Positions 42,375 to 57,001 of a stretch of DNA of 64,000 bases are shown here, piece after piece; the stretch's first letter is position 1; each line of letters starts with the position of its first letter. The position numbers and the translations under genes are program-made. The notes under the pieces were generated by a model. It had not been told where the DNA came from and searched no databases. It saw nothing but the letters and a program-made list of their open reading frames with translations. The DNA is from Dendrobates tinctorius (taxonomy: Eukaryota): the NCBI RefSeq assembly GCF_039654945.1, contig NW_027361688.1, positions 1,426,001 through 1,490,000 on the forward strand, written 5' to 3'.

Positions 42375-43172
42375 TGTTATGATTGAGTCACCGTAGGAGG
42401 CAAAAATAGAAATGCTAGCTAAGTCCAGAAAACCAGAGAAGTTGGCAGCTATCGGATTGCAGACCCCTGAACCTATCAACACAACTAGCAGTAGCCGTGG
42501 GGGGGCTCCTACGATGCCCTAGGCCCCTCGATCACAGCCGGAGGACTACATAGCCTAAAGACAGAAAGGGAAATCTAAACTGCCCCAGAGCAGACCCCAA
42601 AGCAAAAGGCAGCCCCCACATATAATGACGGTGAAACAAGAAGAAAGAACAAAACACAGACAGAAAGATAGACTGAGCAAATTTGGGGCCCAAGCTAGCT
42701 TAGATAGGAAAGGACAGGAAGGCTGCTGTCTGCAATCCGTGAAAAACCCTATGAAAATAAGAGCCAACAAACTGACAGTAAAAAAGGCCCTGAAGACGCT
42801 AGGCTTCAAAAAGGCTATGTCAGTACTCTGGAATATTCTGAAGACAGAGCAAGAGGCAAAAGGAGATTCAGCTCACCCCAGCAGGGAATGGCAGAATCCA
42901 GAAAAGCAAGGAAAACAAAACACTAATGCAAAAAGGCAAAGAAGAAATCTTAGCTTTAGATGAGCAGGAATCAGACTGGTTTCCTAGAAGTCCACAGAGA
43001 AATCACCCGCAGGCCAGAAGGGCGTCGGCAGCCTTATATCCAGTCATTAACTCCACTCAGCCAGTCATCATCATCAGCCCCAGGTGTTTGACAATCAGGC
43101 TCACTACCTTTCTTCACCAGAAGAGGGAGTTCCTCGGGCCTCAGTAGTGAAGGGGAAAATGAACTCACAACA
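42375..43172 (-). repeat. 3' LTR (798 bp)
   Basis: Direct repeat of 47341-48137. Confidence 0.96.
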
Positions 43173-46100
43173 GTACCTCCCCCTTGAGGAGGGGTCACCG
43201 AACCCTCAACCACGCCACCAGGGCGATCAGGGTGAGCCCGATGAAAGGCACGCACCAATCTTTTGGCATGAATATCAGAGGCAGAGACCCAGGAATTATC
43301 CTCCTGATCATAACCCTTCCACTTAACCAAATACTGGAGTCTCCGTCTAGCCAGACGGGAATCCAATACTTTCTCTACCTCATATTCCATGTTACCTTCA
43401 ACCAATACAGGGTCTGGAGGTGCAACCCCTGGAACAACAGGTTCAACAAACCTCTTCAACAAAGATTTATGGAACACATTATGGATTTTAAATGTGACAG
43501 GAAGAGCCAAACGAAAAGAGACCGGATTAATAATCTCCAAAATCTTGTAAGGTCCAATAAATCTAGGCTTAAACTTAGGAGAAGCCACCTTCATAGCAAT
43601 ATTTTTTGATGATAACCACACCATATCACCAACCTTAAACTGGGGACCAATGGTCCTATGTCGGTTGGAAAACCGCTGGGCCTTTTCCTGGGAGAGAGAT
43701 AACTTATCCACCACTTGGTCCCAGATCTGGTGCATTCTCTCCACCACAGTGTCAACACCTGGGTAGGCAGAGGGCTCCACCTGCCCTGAAGAAAATCGAG
43801 GATGAAACCCAAAGTTACAAAAAAAAGGTGACATCAAAGTGGCAGAACTAGCTCTATTATTTAAAGCAAATTCGGCCAAGGGCAAAAATGAAACCCAATC
43901 ATCCTGATCAGCAGAAATAAAACATCTCAAATATGACTCCAAGGTCTGGTTTGTTCTCTCTGTCTGCCCATTGGTCTGAGTGTGAAAAGCGGAGGAGAAG
44001 GACAACTGAATTTCCAGCTTGGAACAGAAAGTTCTCCAAAATCTAGACACAAACTGGACTCCTCTGTCAGACACAATGTTCTCAGGAATCACGTGCAAGC
44101 GAACCACCTGTTGTAAAAACAGGGGCACCAATTCAGAGGGAGACGGCAACTTAGGGAGTGGTACAAGATGAACTATCTTAGAGAACCTATCACAAATCAC
44201 CCAAATAACAGTCATCATTTGAGAGACAGGCATATCAGAGATGAAATCCATTGAAATATGGGTCCATGGCCTCTTGGGGACAGGCAAAGGCATCAACAAC
44301 CCACTAGAGCGAGAACACGATTTAGACCGGGAGCACGTCCCACAGGACTGCACAAAATTCCTGACATCACGAGACAAGGAGGGCCACCAAAAAGACCGAC
44401 TCACCAGATCTCTAGTACCAAAAATACCTGGATGACCAGCCAAAGCAGAGCAATGAACTTCAGACATCACTCTCTTCTTCCACTGGTCAGGAACATACAA
44501 CTTTCCACTGGGACAACGCTCAGGTTTGTCCTCCTGGAACTCTTCCAGAGCACGTCTCAAATCGGGCGAGATGGCAGAAAGAACTACCCCTTCGCCTAAG
44601 ATGGTAGCAGGCTTGGTCACCACAGGAGAATCAGCAAAGAAGCTCCTAGAGAGGGCGTCAGCCTTGACATTGTTAGTTCCAGGAAGAAAAGAAACCACAA
44701 AATCAAAACGTGTAAAAAACAAGGCCCACCTAGCCTGTCTAGGGTTCAAGCGCTTAGCCGACTCTAGGTAAAACAAATTCTTGTGGTCAGTGAGGACCAC
44801 GACTTGATGCTTAGCTCCCTCCAAGCAATGTCTCCACTCCTCAAATGCCCATTTCATGGCTAACAGTTCCCGATTCCCCACATCATAGTTACGTTCAGAT
44901 GGAGAGAACTTTCAGGAAAAGAAAGCACAGGGATTCATTTTAGATGTTACAGGATCCTTTTGGGACAAAACAGCTCCTGCACCAATCTCAGAAGCATCCA
45001 CCTCTACCTGGAACGGAAGTGAGACATCAGGTTGTCGCAAAACCGGGGCGGAGGTGAATCTTCGCTTCAGCTCCTGAAAGGAAGAAACAGCCTCCGGAGA
45101 CCAATTTAACACATCAGCACCCTTCTTAGTCAAATCAGTCAATGGCTTGGCAATACTAGAAAATTTTGCTATAAATTTCCGATAAAAATTAGCAAAACCC
45201 AAAAACTTCTGGAGGGCCTTCAAAGAAGTGGGCTGAACCCAATCGTAAATGGCCTGTACCTTGGCCGGGTCCATTTCAATAGTTGACGGGGACAAAATAA
45301 ATCCCAAAAAAGAAATCCTCTGTACTCCAAAAAGGCATTTAGATCCTTTGACATACAGGGAATTCTCCCTCAAGATCCGGAACACAGTCCGAATATGTTC
45401 CACATGAGAATCCCAATCCTTGGAGAAGATCAAAATATCATCCAGATAGATAATCAAAAATGTATCGACAAAATCTCGGAAAATATCGTTCATGAAGCAC
45501 TGGAAGACAGAAGGGGCATTAGTGAGCCCAAAAGGCATCACCAGGTACTCAAAATGTCCCTCCGGAGTATTAAACACCGTCTTCCATTCATCCCCATGCT
45601 TAATGCGAATAAGATTATAGCTTGGTAAACCAGCAAGCACCTTTAACTCTGGAGAATAGATCAGAAATAAGGGGTAACGGATACTGATATTTAACAGTAA
45701 TTTTGTTGAGAGCACGATAATCAATACAAGGTCTTAATGATCCATCCTTTTTGGCTACAAAAAAAAAACTGGCACCTAAGGGTGACGAGGATGGTCTAAT
45801 ATGACCCTTCTCCAACGCCTCCTTAACATAGGATTGCATAGCCTCGTGCTCGGGTACAGATAAATTGAAGAGCCGACCCTTGGGAAATTTACACCCCGGG
45901 CTCAGTTCAATTGCACAGTCATAACTCCTATGAGGAGGCAGAGACGCAGACTCATTCTCACTAAATACATCATAAAAGTCTGCCAAATAATCAGGAACAT
46001 CATGCGACTGAGGAGAGGTAGAAAACACCGGAGCCTCACTAAAGGCACACCGACAACCCCAACTCACCACAGACACAGATTTCCAATCCAAAACTGGATT

Positions 46101-47210
46101 ATGAATTTGTAACCAGGGAAACCCCAGAACAATAGTATCATGCAGATTATGTAACAACAAAAACCTGCAATTTTCTTGATGGTCTGGGGCGACCCGCATT
46201 ACCACCTGGGTCCAAAACTGAGGTTTATTTTTAGCCAAAGGAGTAGCATCAATCCCCCTCAAAGGGATAGGCGTCTGCAGAGGTGTCATCGGAAATCCAC
46301 AACGTTTAGCAAAATCCAAGTCCATTAGGTTTAGAGCTGCTCCCGAATCCACAAAAGCCTTGGCGGAAAATGTGGACAGGGAGCAGATCAGAGTAATAGC
46401 CAGAAGAAACTTAGGTTGAACACCACCAACAGAAAACGTGTGTGCAAGGCGTTTCTCGCGTTTAGGACAGACAGAAATAATATGTGAGGCATCTCCACAG
46501 AAAAAACACAACTTATTACGCCTTCTGAACTCCTGACGCTGCTCTCTGGAAAAAACTCTATCACATTGCATAGGTTCAGACATCTGTTCAACAGGTGGCA
46601 ACACCTCTCGTGCAGCTCTGCGTTCGCGCAAACGCCGATCAACCTGAATGGCTAAAGACATAGAATCGTCAAGACCAGAGGAAACAGGAAATCCTATCAT
46701 AGTATCTTTTACGGCTTCTGACAACCCCTTCCGAAAGAGAGCAGCCAAGGCATTATCATTCCAGGTAGTAAGTACTGCCCACTTTCGGAATTTTTGACAG
46801 TACAATTCTGCAGAATCACGACCCTGGTTCAATGCCAGCAGGGTCTTTTCAGCCTGATCAATGGCATTAGGTTCGTCATACAACAACCCCAAGGCCTGAA
46901 AAAATGCGTTCACATTAGTCAGAATAGGATCATCTGGTTTCAAAGAAAACGACCAATCCTGGGGATCGCCACGCAGCAAAGAAATGACAATTTTAACCTG
47001 CTGCGCGGAGCTCCCTGACGAGTTAGGCTTCAAAGCAAAAAATAATTTACAATTATTTTTGAAATTCAAAAATTTAGACCGATCCCCAAAAAATACATCA
47101 GGTGTAGGAATCTTTGGTTCAGTAGCATGTGAATGAGCAAGGTAGGCGGAAATTCCCCGCACTTCCGCAGCGAGCTGCTCCACACGATCAGACAATTGCT
47201 TTATCTCCAC
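43034..47210 (-). pseudogene. gag-pol in three frames (45615-47210, 44912-45724, 43034-44881)
   Basis: [14 protein letters not shown] knuckle, VDSGA protease, YLDD RT, VDAS RNase H, H2C2 and DDE integrase, GPY motif, and chromodomain YEVEKVLDSR...YLVKWKGY. Two frameshifts. Confidence 0.93.
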
Positions 47211-47340
47211 TGAGAGAAAAAAAAAATTCCCCCTACGGCCTCAGAGATATAGAGGAAAAAATATACACACCTTTTTTTTTTTTTATACAATTCTTTCCTG
47301 CAATTGAGTACCCTAGGATCTGCGGTATGGCGGGTGATTC

Positions 47341-48137
47341 TGTTATGATTGAGTCACCGTAGGAGGCAAAAATAGAAATGCTAGCTAAGTCCAGAAAACC
47401 AGAGAAGTTGGCAGCTATCGGATTGCAGACCCCTGAACCTATCAACACAACTAGCAGTAGCCGTGGGGGGTTCCTACGATGCCCTAGGCCCCTCGATCAC
47501 AGCCGGAGGACTACATAGCCTAGAGACAGAAAGGCAAATCTAAACTGCCCCAGAGCAGACCCCAAAGCAAAAGGCAGCCCCCACATATAATGACGGTGAA
47601 GCAAGAAGAAAGAACAAAACACAGACAGAAAGATAGACTGAGCAAATTTGGGGCCCAAGCTAGCTTAGATAGGAAAGGACAGGAAGGCTGCTGTCTGCAA
47701 TCCGTGAAAAACCCTATGAAAATAAGAGCCAACAAACTGACAGTAAAAAAGGCCCTGAAGACGCTAGGCTTCAAAAAGGCTATGTCAGTATTCAGGAATA
47801 TTCTGAAGACAGAGCAAGAGGCAAAAGGAGATTCAGCTCACCCCAGCAGGGAATGGCAGAATCCAGAAAAGCAAGGAAAACAAAACACTAATGCAAAAAG
47901 GCAAAGAAGAAATCTTAGCTTTAGATGAGCAGGAATCAGACTGGTTTCCTAGAAGTCCACAGAGAAATCACCCGCAGGCCAGAAGGGCGTCGGCAGCCTT
48001 ATATCCAGTCATTAACTCCACTCAGCCAGTCATCATCATCAGCCCCAGGTGTTTGACAATCAGGCTCACTACCTTTCTTCACCAGAAGAGGGAGTTCCTC
48101 GGGCCTCAGTAGTGAAGGGGAAAATGAACTCACAACA
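47341..48137 (-). repeat. 5' LTR (797 bp)
   Basis: Direct repeat of 42375-43172 with only a handful of visible differences. Confidence 0.96.
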
Positions 48138-49716
48138 CTTACCGGTAATTCGGTTTCTAGGAACCCTCCACGACAGCACTAATTTCTCTCCCTATATGTT
48201 TACCTGATGATTCCTGCTCTACTGGCGGTAACTATTCATGCTAGTACGTTCAGAAAAAACGCTGAGGTAGCAGGAAGGGGAGGGATATTTAACCTCTTTG
48301 TGTTCCTGTCCCCTATTAGGGCGGGGAGACAACTTCCAAGGTGGCTGCCGTGGAAGGTTCCTAGAAACCGAATTACTGGTAAGTCTAATTCTATTTTTTT
48401 CCACAAAAATTATATTTTCGCCCCCAAATTTTTATTTTTACAAGGGTAACAGGAGAAATCATACTCCCACAGTTGATGTGCGATTTGTCCTGAGTACGCC
48501 GATACCCCATATGTGGGAGGGAACCACTATTTGGGCGCATGGGAGAGCTCGGAAGGGAAGGAGTGCCATTTTGGAATGGAGACTTTGATGGAATGGTCTG
48601 CGGGCATCATGTTAAATTTGCAGAGCCCCTGATGGGCCTAAACAGTGGAAATCCCCCACAAGTGACCCCATTTTGGAAATTAGACCCCCTAAAGAACTTA
48701 TATAGATGTGTAGTGAGCACTATGAACCCCCAAGCGCTACAAAGAAGTTTATAAACGCAGAGCCGTGAAAATAAAGTCTTTTATTTCCACAAAAGTGATT
48801 TTTTTAGACCCAATTTTTAGACCCCCAAAGTTGGTAAATAGTGGAAACCTCTCAATTCTTGATCCAACCCTAATCCCTAATCCTAGTTTGCCCTAACCCG
48901 AGCCCTAACCCTAGTCCAATCCTAACTCTAATGGAAAACTGAAAAAAAAAAATATTTTCTTTATTTTGTTATGTTGGCCTAACTAAGGGGGTGATAAATG
49001 GGGGGGATTATGTACCATTTTGTTTATTTTGATCACGATGATAGTTTATCAATCGTGATCAAAATGAATGAATGGAATCTGCCAGCCAGAGCCTGCAGAT
49101 TCCCGGCGGACGCACTGCGCATGCGCCCGCCATTTTCTCCGGATTCAAGATGGCGGCGCCCACCGGAGGACGCGGGACCACCGGGAGGGGACCCTGGACC
49201 ACGGAGAGGTACCGGGGGGGATCGGGGACAATTGCGGCTTTCTTTTGTTTTGCGGTCGCCGTTATAGGGTTAATAACGGCAATTGCAAAAGCGGGGTCGG
49301 TATAAACCGACCGATTCATGTTCTCTGTTTTACAGTCGACGCTCCACTGTATTAGGCATAACGGCTAAGTTATTTGCATACTGCTGTAGCGGCCCAGACA
49401 CCCCAGCCCTGGATACAGCACTAGATGGATGAAGGGTATCATTTACTTTATAGCAGTATGCAGCACTATATAGACATGCACAGCATTAAATGGATGTTCA
49501 TATATGGTGGGTATACAGCAGTATAAGGAGAATTTACTGCACTATATGACGTTATATAGCAGTGTTTGTGAACAGCACTATAAGGTGGTATACATGACAG
49601 ATCAGTACATACAGATCACACAAGATATCAGCGGCATCAGCTCCTGTGGTGACGGTGTGGGTGGCTCTTAGAAGAGCCTTTGGGTTGTGTGGATGATACG
49701 GGGTCGGTGGCAGCGC

Positions 49717-50178
<462 letters not shown>

Positions 50179-50310
50179 TTATAACCTGCTGCTGCCCCGC
50201 CTCCTCTCCTGCCATTGGCTGGACCTGAAGTCACCAATGGAAACAAGACTTGTGGAAACACCAATGAGCTGCAGTGGGCAGAGATCATTATGTGTACATT
50301 GGTCACATGA

Positions 50311-50820
<510 letters not shown>

Positions 50821-51754
50821 TCTGCTCTGTGCTCTGCACCCACAACCCAAAGGCTCTTCTAAGAGCCACCCACCCCGTCTACATCAGAGCTGTGGCTGCG
50901 TGTCTGTATCTCGCTCCTCTCCCTGGGGAATGTGTCTGCACTTACTGGCTGGAGGAAGAGATCAGATCAATGTATCTGGCATTAGAGGTAGGGGATTAAA
51001 GGATAGTAAAATGGAGAGGGAGATGAGGGTTGTAGTGAGATTTAGAATGATGGGGAACATCAGGAATAGTCTGACAGTGGAGGAGCAGGTGCAGGCAGCC
51101 ATAGATGATCGGTTGCTCCTCTCTCATTGAATCCGGTTCTCTCCCAGAGCGCTGGGGCCTGGTGTCCATTGTTCTGCTGATAGTAGGTGGAGATGGGCTG
51201 TTGGCTCTTTGTTTCAGCGATGATTCCAGCAGTTTGTCCTCATTCTGATCAGAGCTCTCTGCACTTTCTCACTGACGTTCCTCTGATATTACACACCCTT
51301 TGCTCTGCTGATTGGTGGAGGCTCCTGGCCAATAAGATCCCAAAGATTGATCTATTTCTAGGTCTGAATCTCACATTGTCATTGAGAAGCCGATCACTTG
51401 TTTATCGCAGCAGAACCTGTCACTGAGATAAAGGAGGAGAGCACAATATGGAGGGTATAAAGCACAATATGGGGGTTTATAGCACTACATGGAGAAATAT
51501 AGTGGTATATTACAGGTATACAGCAGTATATGGCGGTTATACACTACTCTATGGATGGAGAGAATATAGCAGGTCCGGCTCTCACATTGTAATTACTCCG
51601 AGCAGGATGTCACCGCGGAGAGGAATCAGGTTTCTGACTATTTTTAGTGTCATTCCTGTAGAAGCGGAAAAGAACAAAAGAATGAGCGGGAAAATCAAAA
51701 TCACTAATAGATCTGTGCTTGGCCAATCAGCAGAGGAAGGGGCGGAGCTGATAA

Positions 51755-52195
<441 letters not shown>

Positions 52196-53389
52196 TTGTA
52201 TTCTCTTCTCTATCCTGACAACCCAAAGGCTCTTTTAAGAGCCACCCACATCTTCTGAGGAGAAGCTACAGCTCCTGGGGAGGGAGAGGGGGAAGGGGCT
52301 GCTGATAGTCCTGGGCTGCTGCTGTATAGTTCTTCTGATTTACTATTTCTCTTTCCTCGTGTGCAGTTATTGCAGAACCTTAGATATCCATGATTACCAA
52401 TACTAGGAACTAAGTAACATGGATACCTAAGGTCCTGCAATGATTGCACACGAGGAAAGAGACAGCAAATCCGAAAAACTATACTATATTTCTAATTTGA
52501 GGTATTTGCTATTATTCTACCTTCTCCATATTGGATAGTATCTTGGAGCTGGGAATACCCCTTTAAATATCTGGTAGTGGTGAGTGAACCATATGTATGG
52601 GGTGGTAGTTTATACTTTTTAGGGGTTATACAGCACTACATGGAGGGTAAACTACATCATGTGTCAGTATACAGAGCTATGTGGCGGTATACTACGCTAT
52701 CTGGGGCAGAACAGCATATCAGGATTATACAGCGCTATATGGGGGTAAACAGTACAATATGGGCGTGGAAAGCATAGAGGCATCAACAGCACAATCTGTG
52801 TATACAGCACTGGATGAACGGGATTGTGAAGGAAACCATGTTGTCTCCATCTTGTTCCCTGAAGTAGCCATGTACATGGACTTTTCTCCCTGCATCCCCC
52901 AACCTTGAAGAACAAGTTCTGTCCTCTGTATTCCCACAGGCCACATCCATTGTGCTTGTCAGGACCACCCTGAATACCTGCAATTCTTCTGTTTACCTCT
53001 CTAGATAACCAGAAATTTACATTAGGTGCATAATAATAGCAGTGTGATTAACAGAACTGAGAAGAAGCGGACTCCTCATAATAGCATTTATCTCCATATA
53101 TACAGAGGCGCTGGGAGCCGCACACTCAGTTCTGAATGAAAGCATCAACAAAATAGATATTTTTAGAGTAAAAAGGAATTATCAGCAGCTCAAACAACCA
53201 GCAGTGTCTGCAGATTCATTCACAAACTGGAAACGTTACAGTATAAACCGAAGTTTGTTTCCAGATGTCGCCTTTCTGCACTAATATTCAGCTATATAAC
53301 CTTTACTTCTGATAACCGCTGTGCATCTGTGTGGCTCGGAGTCACTGACACCTGCGGACAGATATTCCAGACATTCCATAGTTCTTTTC

Positions 53390-54369
53390 CATGATGTCTG
53401 GTGTGTGATAATTGCACTGAACCTGTAACATCTGCCTCCGCATGGTTCCCCTCACCACTATGGCCGCAGCAGCATCCTCTTCCCCCTCGCTTGACCTCAT
53501 CTGCAGACCTGCTTCTAAACCTTAGATCCCTCCTTCTAAAGCACAACATAAGCCCTACATGCTCCCTCTCCAAACTCCTCTCACTCTCTCTGCTCCTCCT
53601 CACTGCTGGTGACATATCTCCCAATTCTGAACCTTAAAAACTAAATACCTACTAATATTTTTCCATCCTGTTATTCCCCAGCTACTATAAATCTACCAAA
53701 CCTCTCCAGCTTAGGTCTGTTTCACACATCCGTTTGTCACCATCAGTCAAAATCCGCCGATTTGCAAAAAAAAACCGGATCTATCGGATTTATCGTGGCG
53801 GATTCGTTTTTTTCCCCATTAACTTTCATTATCGGCTGATTTTGACTGAGGATCGTCCGTTGCATCCGTATTTCTGCGGATCCTCCAAAATTTTGGCGTC
53901 CGCTGAGATCACCGAACGGACAATGCAACATTTTTTTGTTGTCCGGATCCGTACTTTCCTCTTTTGCTACATGTTAACCCTAAATCCAATCTGGGCTGCT
54001 GGATAAAAAAAATCTCTCTCTCCTCCACTCACCACGACATCCCCCGAGATCTCGCCTCCACTCACCGCGACATCGCCCGAGATCTCGCCTCCTCTGACCG
54101 CTACATCACCGGTAGTCATCTTTTCTTTTCAGCCACGGTTCCTTTAAAATTCCGAAATCGGCGGATCCTGGCGCACCAATGGTCCGGTGGCTCCCGTTGG
54201 TGTTTCATCGCCCACGGATCCGTTATCCGCCATTTTAGTGGCTGCCAACGCACAGGAAAAACGTAAGTGTGAAACAGGCCTTAATACCCACCCAGTTGAC
54301 CCCCACTCCATCTTTCTGAAGCACTGTTCAACAGCGTTCCACCTGCAACAAACTTCATGACCTCTTTAC
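53390..54369 (+). mobile_element. Decayed N-terminal ORF2 region of an L2 LINE, interrupted by a MITE and a hAT element
   Basis: LLSLSLLLLTAGDISPNSEP (2A-like) and, after the MITE, ALFN...CNKLHDLF resembling the start of the APE endonuclease. Confidence 0.6.
53714..54280. mobile_element. Harbinger-type MITE
   Basis: TIR GGTCTGTTTCACAC / GTGTGAAACAGGCC with TTA TSD. Confidence 0.88.
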
Positions 54370-54805
54370 TAGTGTTGAGCGACTTTTGGTTTTTTAGGGT
54401 CGAGTTTCGTTTCATGAAACCCGACTTTTCCAAAAGTCGGGTCGAGCAAAATCGGCCGACTATAGGGAAAAGTCGGGGTCGTCCCGAAACACGAAACCCA
54501 ATGTAAGTCAATGGAGAATTAAAGTCGGCAGTGAGAGGGGGACAGGAAACACACCAACAGTGCCCATTTGAATGCCAAAAGCATCAATTCTTGTTACTGA
54601 AGCTTGTCAACCTTAATTAACTTCATAATACTAGTTACGCACTGAAAAATGGGGGTTATTTGGCTACAGTGGTGGGGGGGGCTGGCTCCAGGTTTTCGTG
54701 GGCCCAGGGCCAAAGAGCGCCCCTTTAACACATACCACAACTCATGATGCTCCGATACGGCAGAGAAATAGCGGTATAGTACAATGAAAAATACTTCACT
54801 TCTTA

Positions 54806-55743
54806 GGCCGAGTTCACACGTGGCGTTTTTTTCGCGTTTCCGCGGTGGTTTTAACCGCGCGATTTTGCCGCGAAAAATAAGCATCCCATGCATTCCTATG
54901 GGATTCCGCAATGCTGTACTAATGCTGCGGTTTTTACCGCGGCGGAATCGCTTCGCGGTAAAAACCGCAGCATGCTCATTAATTTGCGGAATCGCGGCGA
55001 TCCCGCACCCATAGGAATGCATTGTTCCGCTTACTTCCCGCATGTGGCTGTGCACACCATGCGGAAAGTAAGCAGAACATTTGCGGATGGTACCCACGGC
55101 CCGGAGGAGAGGAGACTGTCCTCCGGGCTTTGGGTACCATATCCCTGCAAAAAATAGAATTTAAAAATAAAAAATATTGTTATTCTCACCCTCCGACGTC
55201 CCGCGCAGCCTTCCCGCCTCTCTTCACGCTCTCGTTCCCAGTAATCCTTTGCGAAAATGCCCGCAATGGCGTCCGTTCTCGCGGGATCGCGACGTCTCGC
55301 GGTCATTCGCGCGACGTGATCGCGAATTACCGTGAGACGTCGCGATCCCGCGAGAACTGACGTCATCACGGGCATTTTCGCAAAGGATTACTGGGAACGG
55401 ATGCGCGGGACGTCGGAGGGTAAGAATAACACCTTTTTTTTTTTTTTTTTTTACATTCTATCTTTTACTATTGATGCCGCATAGGCAGCCTCAGTAGTAA
55501 AAAGTTGGTCACACTCGTCAAACTCTATGTTTGACGAGTGTGACCAACCTGTCAATCAGTTCTCCAAGCGATGCTACAGATCGCTTGGAGAACGCTAGCA
55601 TTTTGCAAGCTAAAAACGCTTGCAAAATGCTAGTTTTTCCGTGGGAAAATCGCGGGAATTTAAAATGCGATTTTCCCGCGGACTGGAATTCCGGAATTGT
55701 CGCGGTAATTTCCGCGAGAGTTCCGGTACGTGTGCACTTAGCC
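54806..55743. mobile_element. Harbinger-type MITE (CpG-rich)
   Basis: TTA-GGCCGAGTTCACACGT ... ACGTGTGCACTTAGCC-TTA, with an internal inverted repeat at about 55180-55430. Confidence 0.85.
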
Positions 55744-55746
55744 TTA

Positions 55747-56244
55747 GGCCGGTTTCACATTAGCGCTTTTTAAGCGCACGCACGGCCGGGGGTAGCTCCG
55801 CCCCCGAGCCGGCTCTCTGCCCGGCGTGCCCGCCCCTTGCTTGTAGCGCCGCCTACTAGCGGACAGCGGCGCCTGCGATCGGCGCACCCTATCTTTAGCA
55901 TAGGGTGCGCAGATCGTGCGCAGGCCGTGCGCTAGTTGCGCTTTGACCTGCGCTGCGCACTTTCGACGGTGCGCCGTGCGCGCCAAAATCAAACTTTTCG
56001 GATTTTGGCGCGCACGGCGCACCGTCAAAAGTGCGCAGGGCAGGTCAAAGCGCAACTAGCGCACGGCCTGTGCACGGCCTGCGCACCCTATGCTAAAGAT
56101 AGGGTGCGCCGATCGCAGGCGCCGCTGTCCGCTAGTAGGCGGCGCTACAAGCAAGGGGCGGGCACGCCGGGCAGAGAGCCGGCTCGGGGGCGGAGCTACC
56201 CCCGGCCGTGCGTGCGCTTAAAAAGCGCTAATGTGAAACCGGCC
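55747..56244. mobile_element. Fully palindromic Harbinger-type MITE (498 bp)
   Basis: TTA-GGCCGGTTTCACATTAGCGC ... GCGCTAATGTGAAACCGGCC-TTA. The arms pair to a centre at about 55995. Confidence 0.92.
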
Positions 56245-57001
56245 TTACATCTCATGACTGATATCCATTTTAAATTCTCCAATACCTCCAAAAACGGACA
56301 GTGTATAACTCCATACAGTATTATGGCCAGCGCTTAGTGCGCTATACAGAGTAATGAGGCCCATATATTTCTCCATACGGAATCATTATTCCCATATAAT
56401 GTTTCAAACCGTATATGATGAGCTCCACATAATGCTACAGTATATGTTGGTCCCAATGGATGAAGCTCCACTGTCTTATGGGCCCAAATAATGCTCCATA
56501 TATAATGGGCCCCATTTCTACTGCTCTAGTGTATAATAGGCCCTGTAAATGCTGCTCCAGTGTCTGATGTCCACCTTTGGAATGCTCCAGTGTATGGTGG
56601 GCCCCATATAACATTCACCAGAGTATAGTGCTCCCCAAAAATTGCTGTCCCAACATTGAAAACAATTACATAAGTCTCCTTGCTAGGGAATCCCTGCACT
56701 ACTCTGAACTCCTTGTCGTCCCCATCTTCCATCTCACTGCACCGGCAGACACTTTTTCGTACTATGCGGTGCCCTGTGCCAGTGCCATCGCCCATGAATA
56801 TGCCCCCCCACCTGCTCAAGAAACCTGCACTTTCATCTGCACCTTCCTCTTTGTCACCGTGTAAGGTGGTATAGTATGCGGGAAGGGGAACCTGAGTTTC
56901 CTCTGGGTCAGATTCTGGCTGTGTAGAGTGCGAGGGGAATGTAATGGTCTGGGTCAATGTACCAGCAGCATCATCCAGCAGTGGCTGGGCCTCAGTGCAC
57001 T

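Larger units (their letters stand above)
42375..48137 (-). mobile_element. Full-length Ty3/Gypsy chromovirus (Tf1/sushi-like) LTR retrotransposon
   Basis: Two near-identical TG...CA LTRs, flanking duplication CTTACC, polypurine tract next to 43173, and domain order gag-PR-RT-RH-IN-chromodomain. Confidence 0.96.
37385..48397 (+). mobile_element. DIRS1-type retrotransposon, copy 2 (defective)
   Basis: Same junctions as copy 1. The internal complementary region is split by an LTR element. Confidence 0.95.
35720..49327. mobile_element. piggyBac-like element, copy 2 (right TIR deleted)
   Basis: TTAA-CCCCTTAGCGAC at 35716-35731. At about 49327 the sequence jumps from the equivalent of about 28188 to about 28422, removing the right TIR. 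Confidence 0.85.

Noticed and set aside
48866-48930. CCCTAA telomere-like repeats (also about 27721-27750)
   Set aside because: A few degenerate units inside the piggyBac-like element. Not an interstitial telomere or fusion site.
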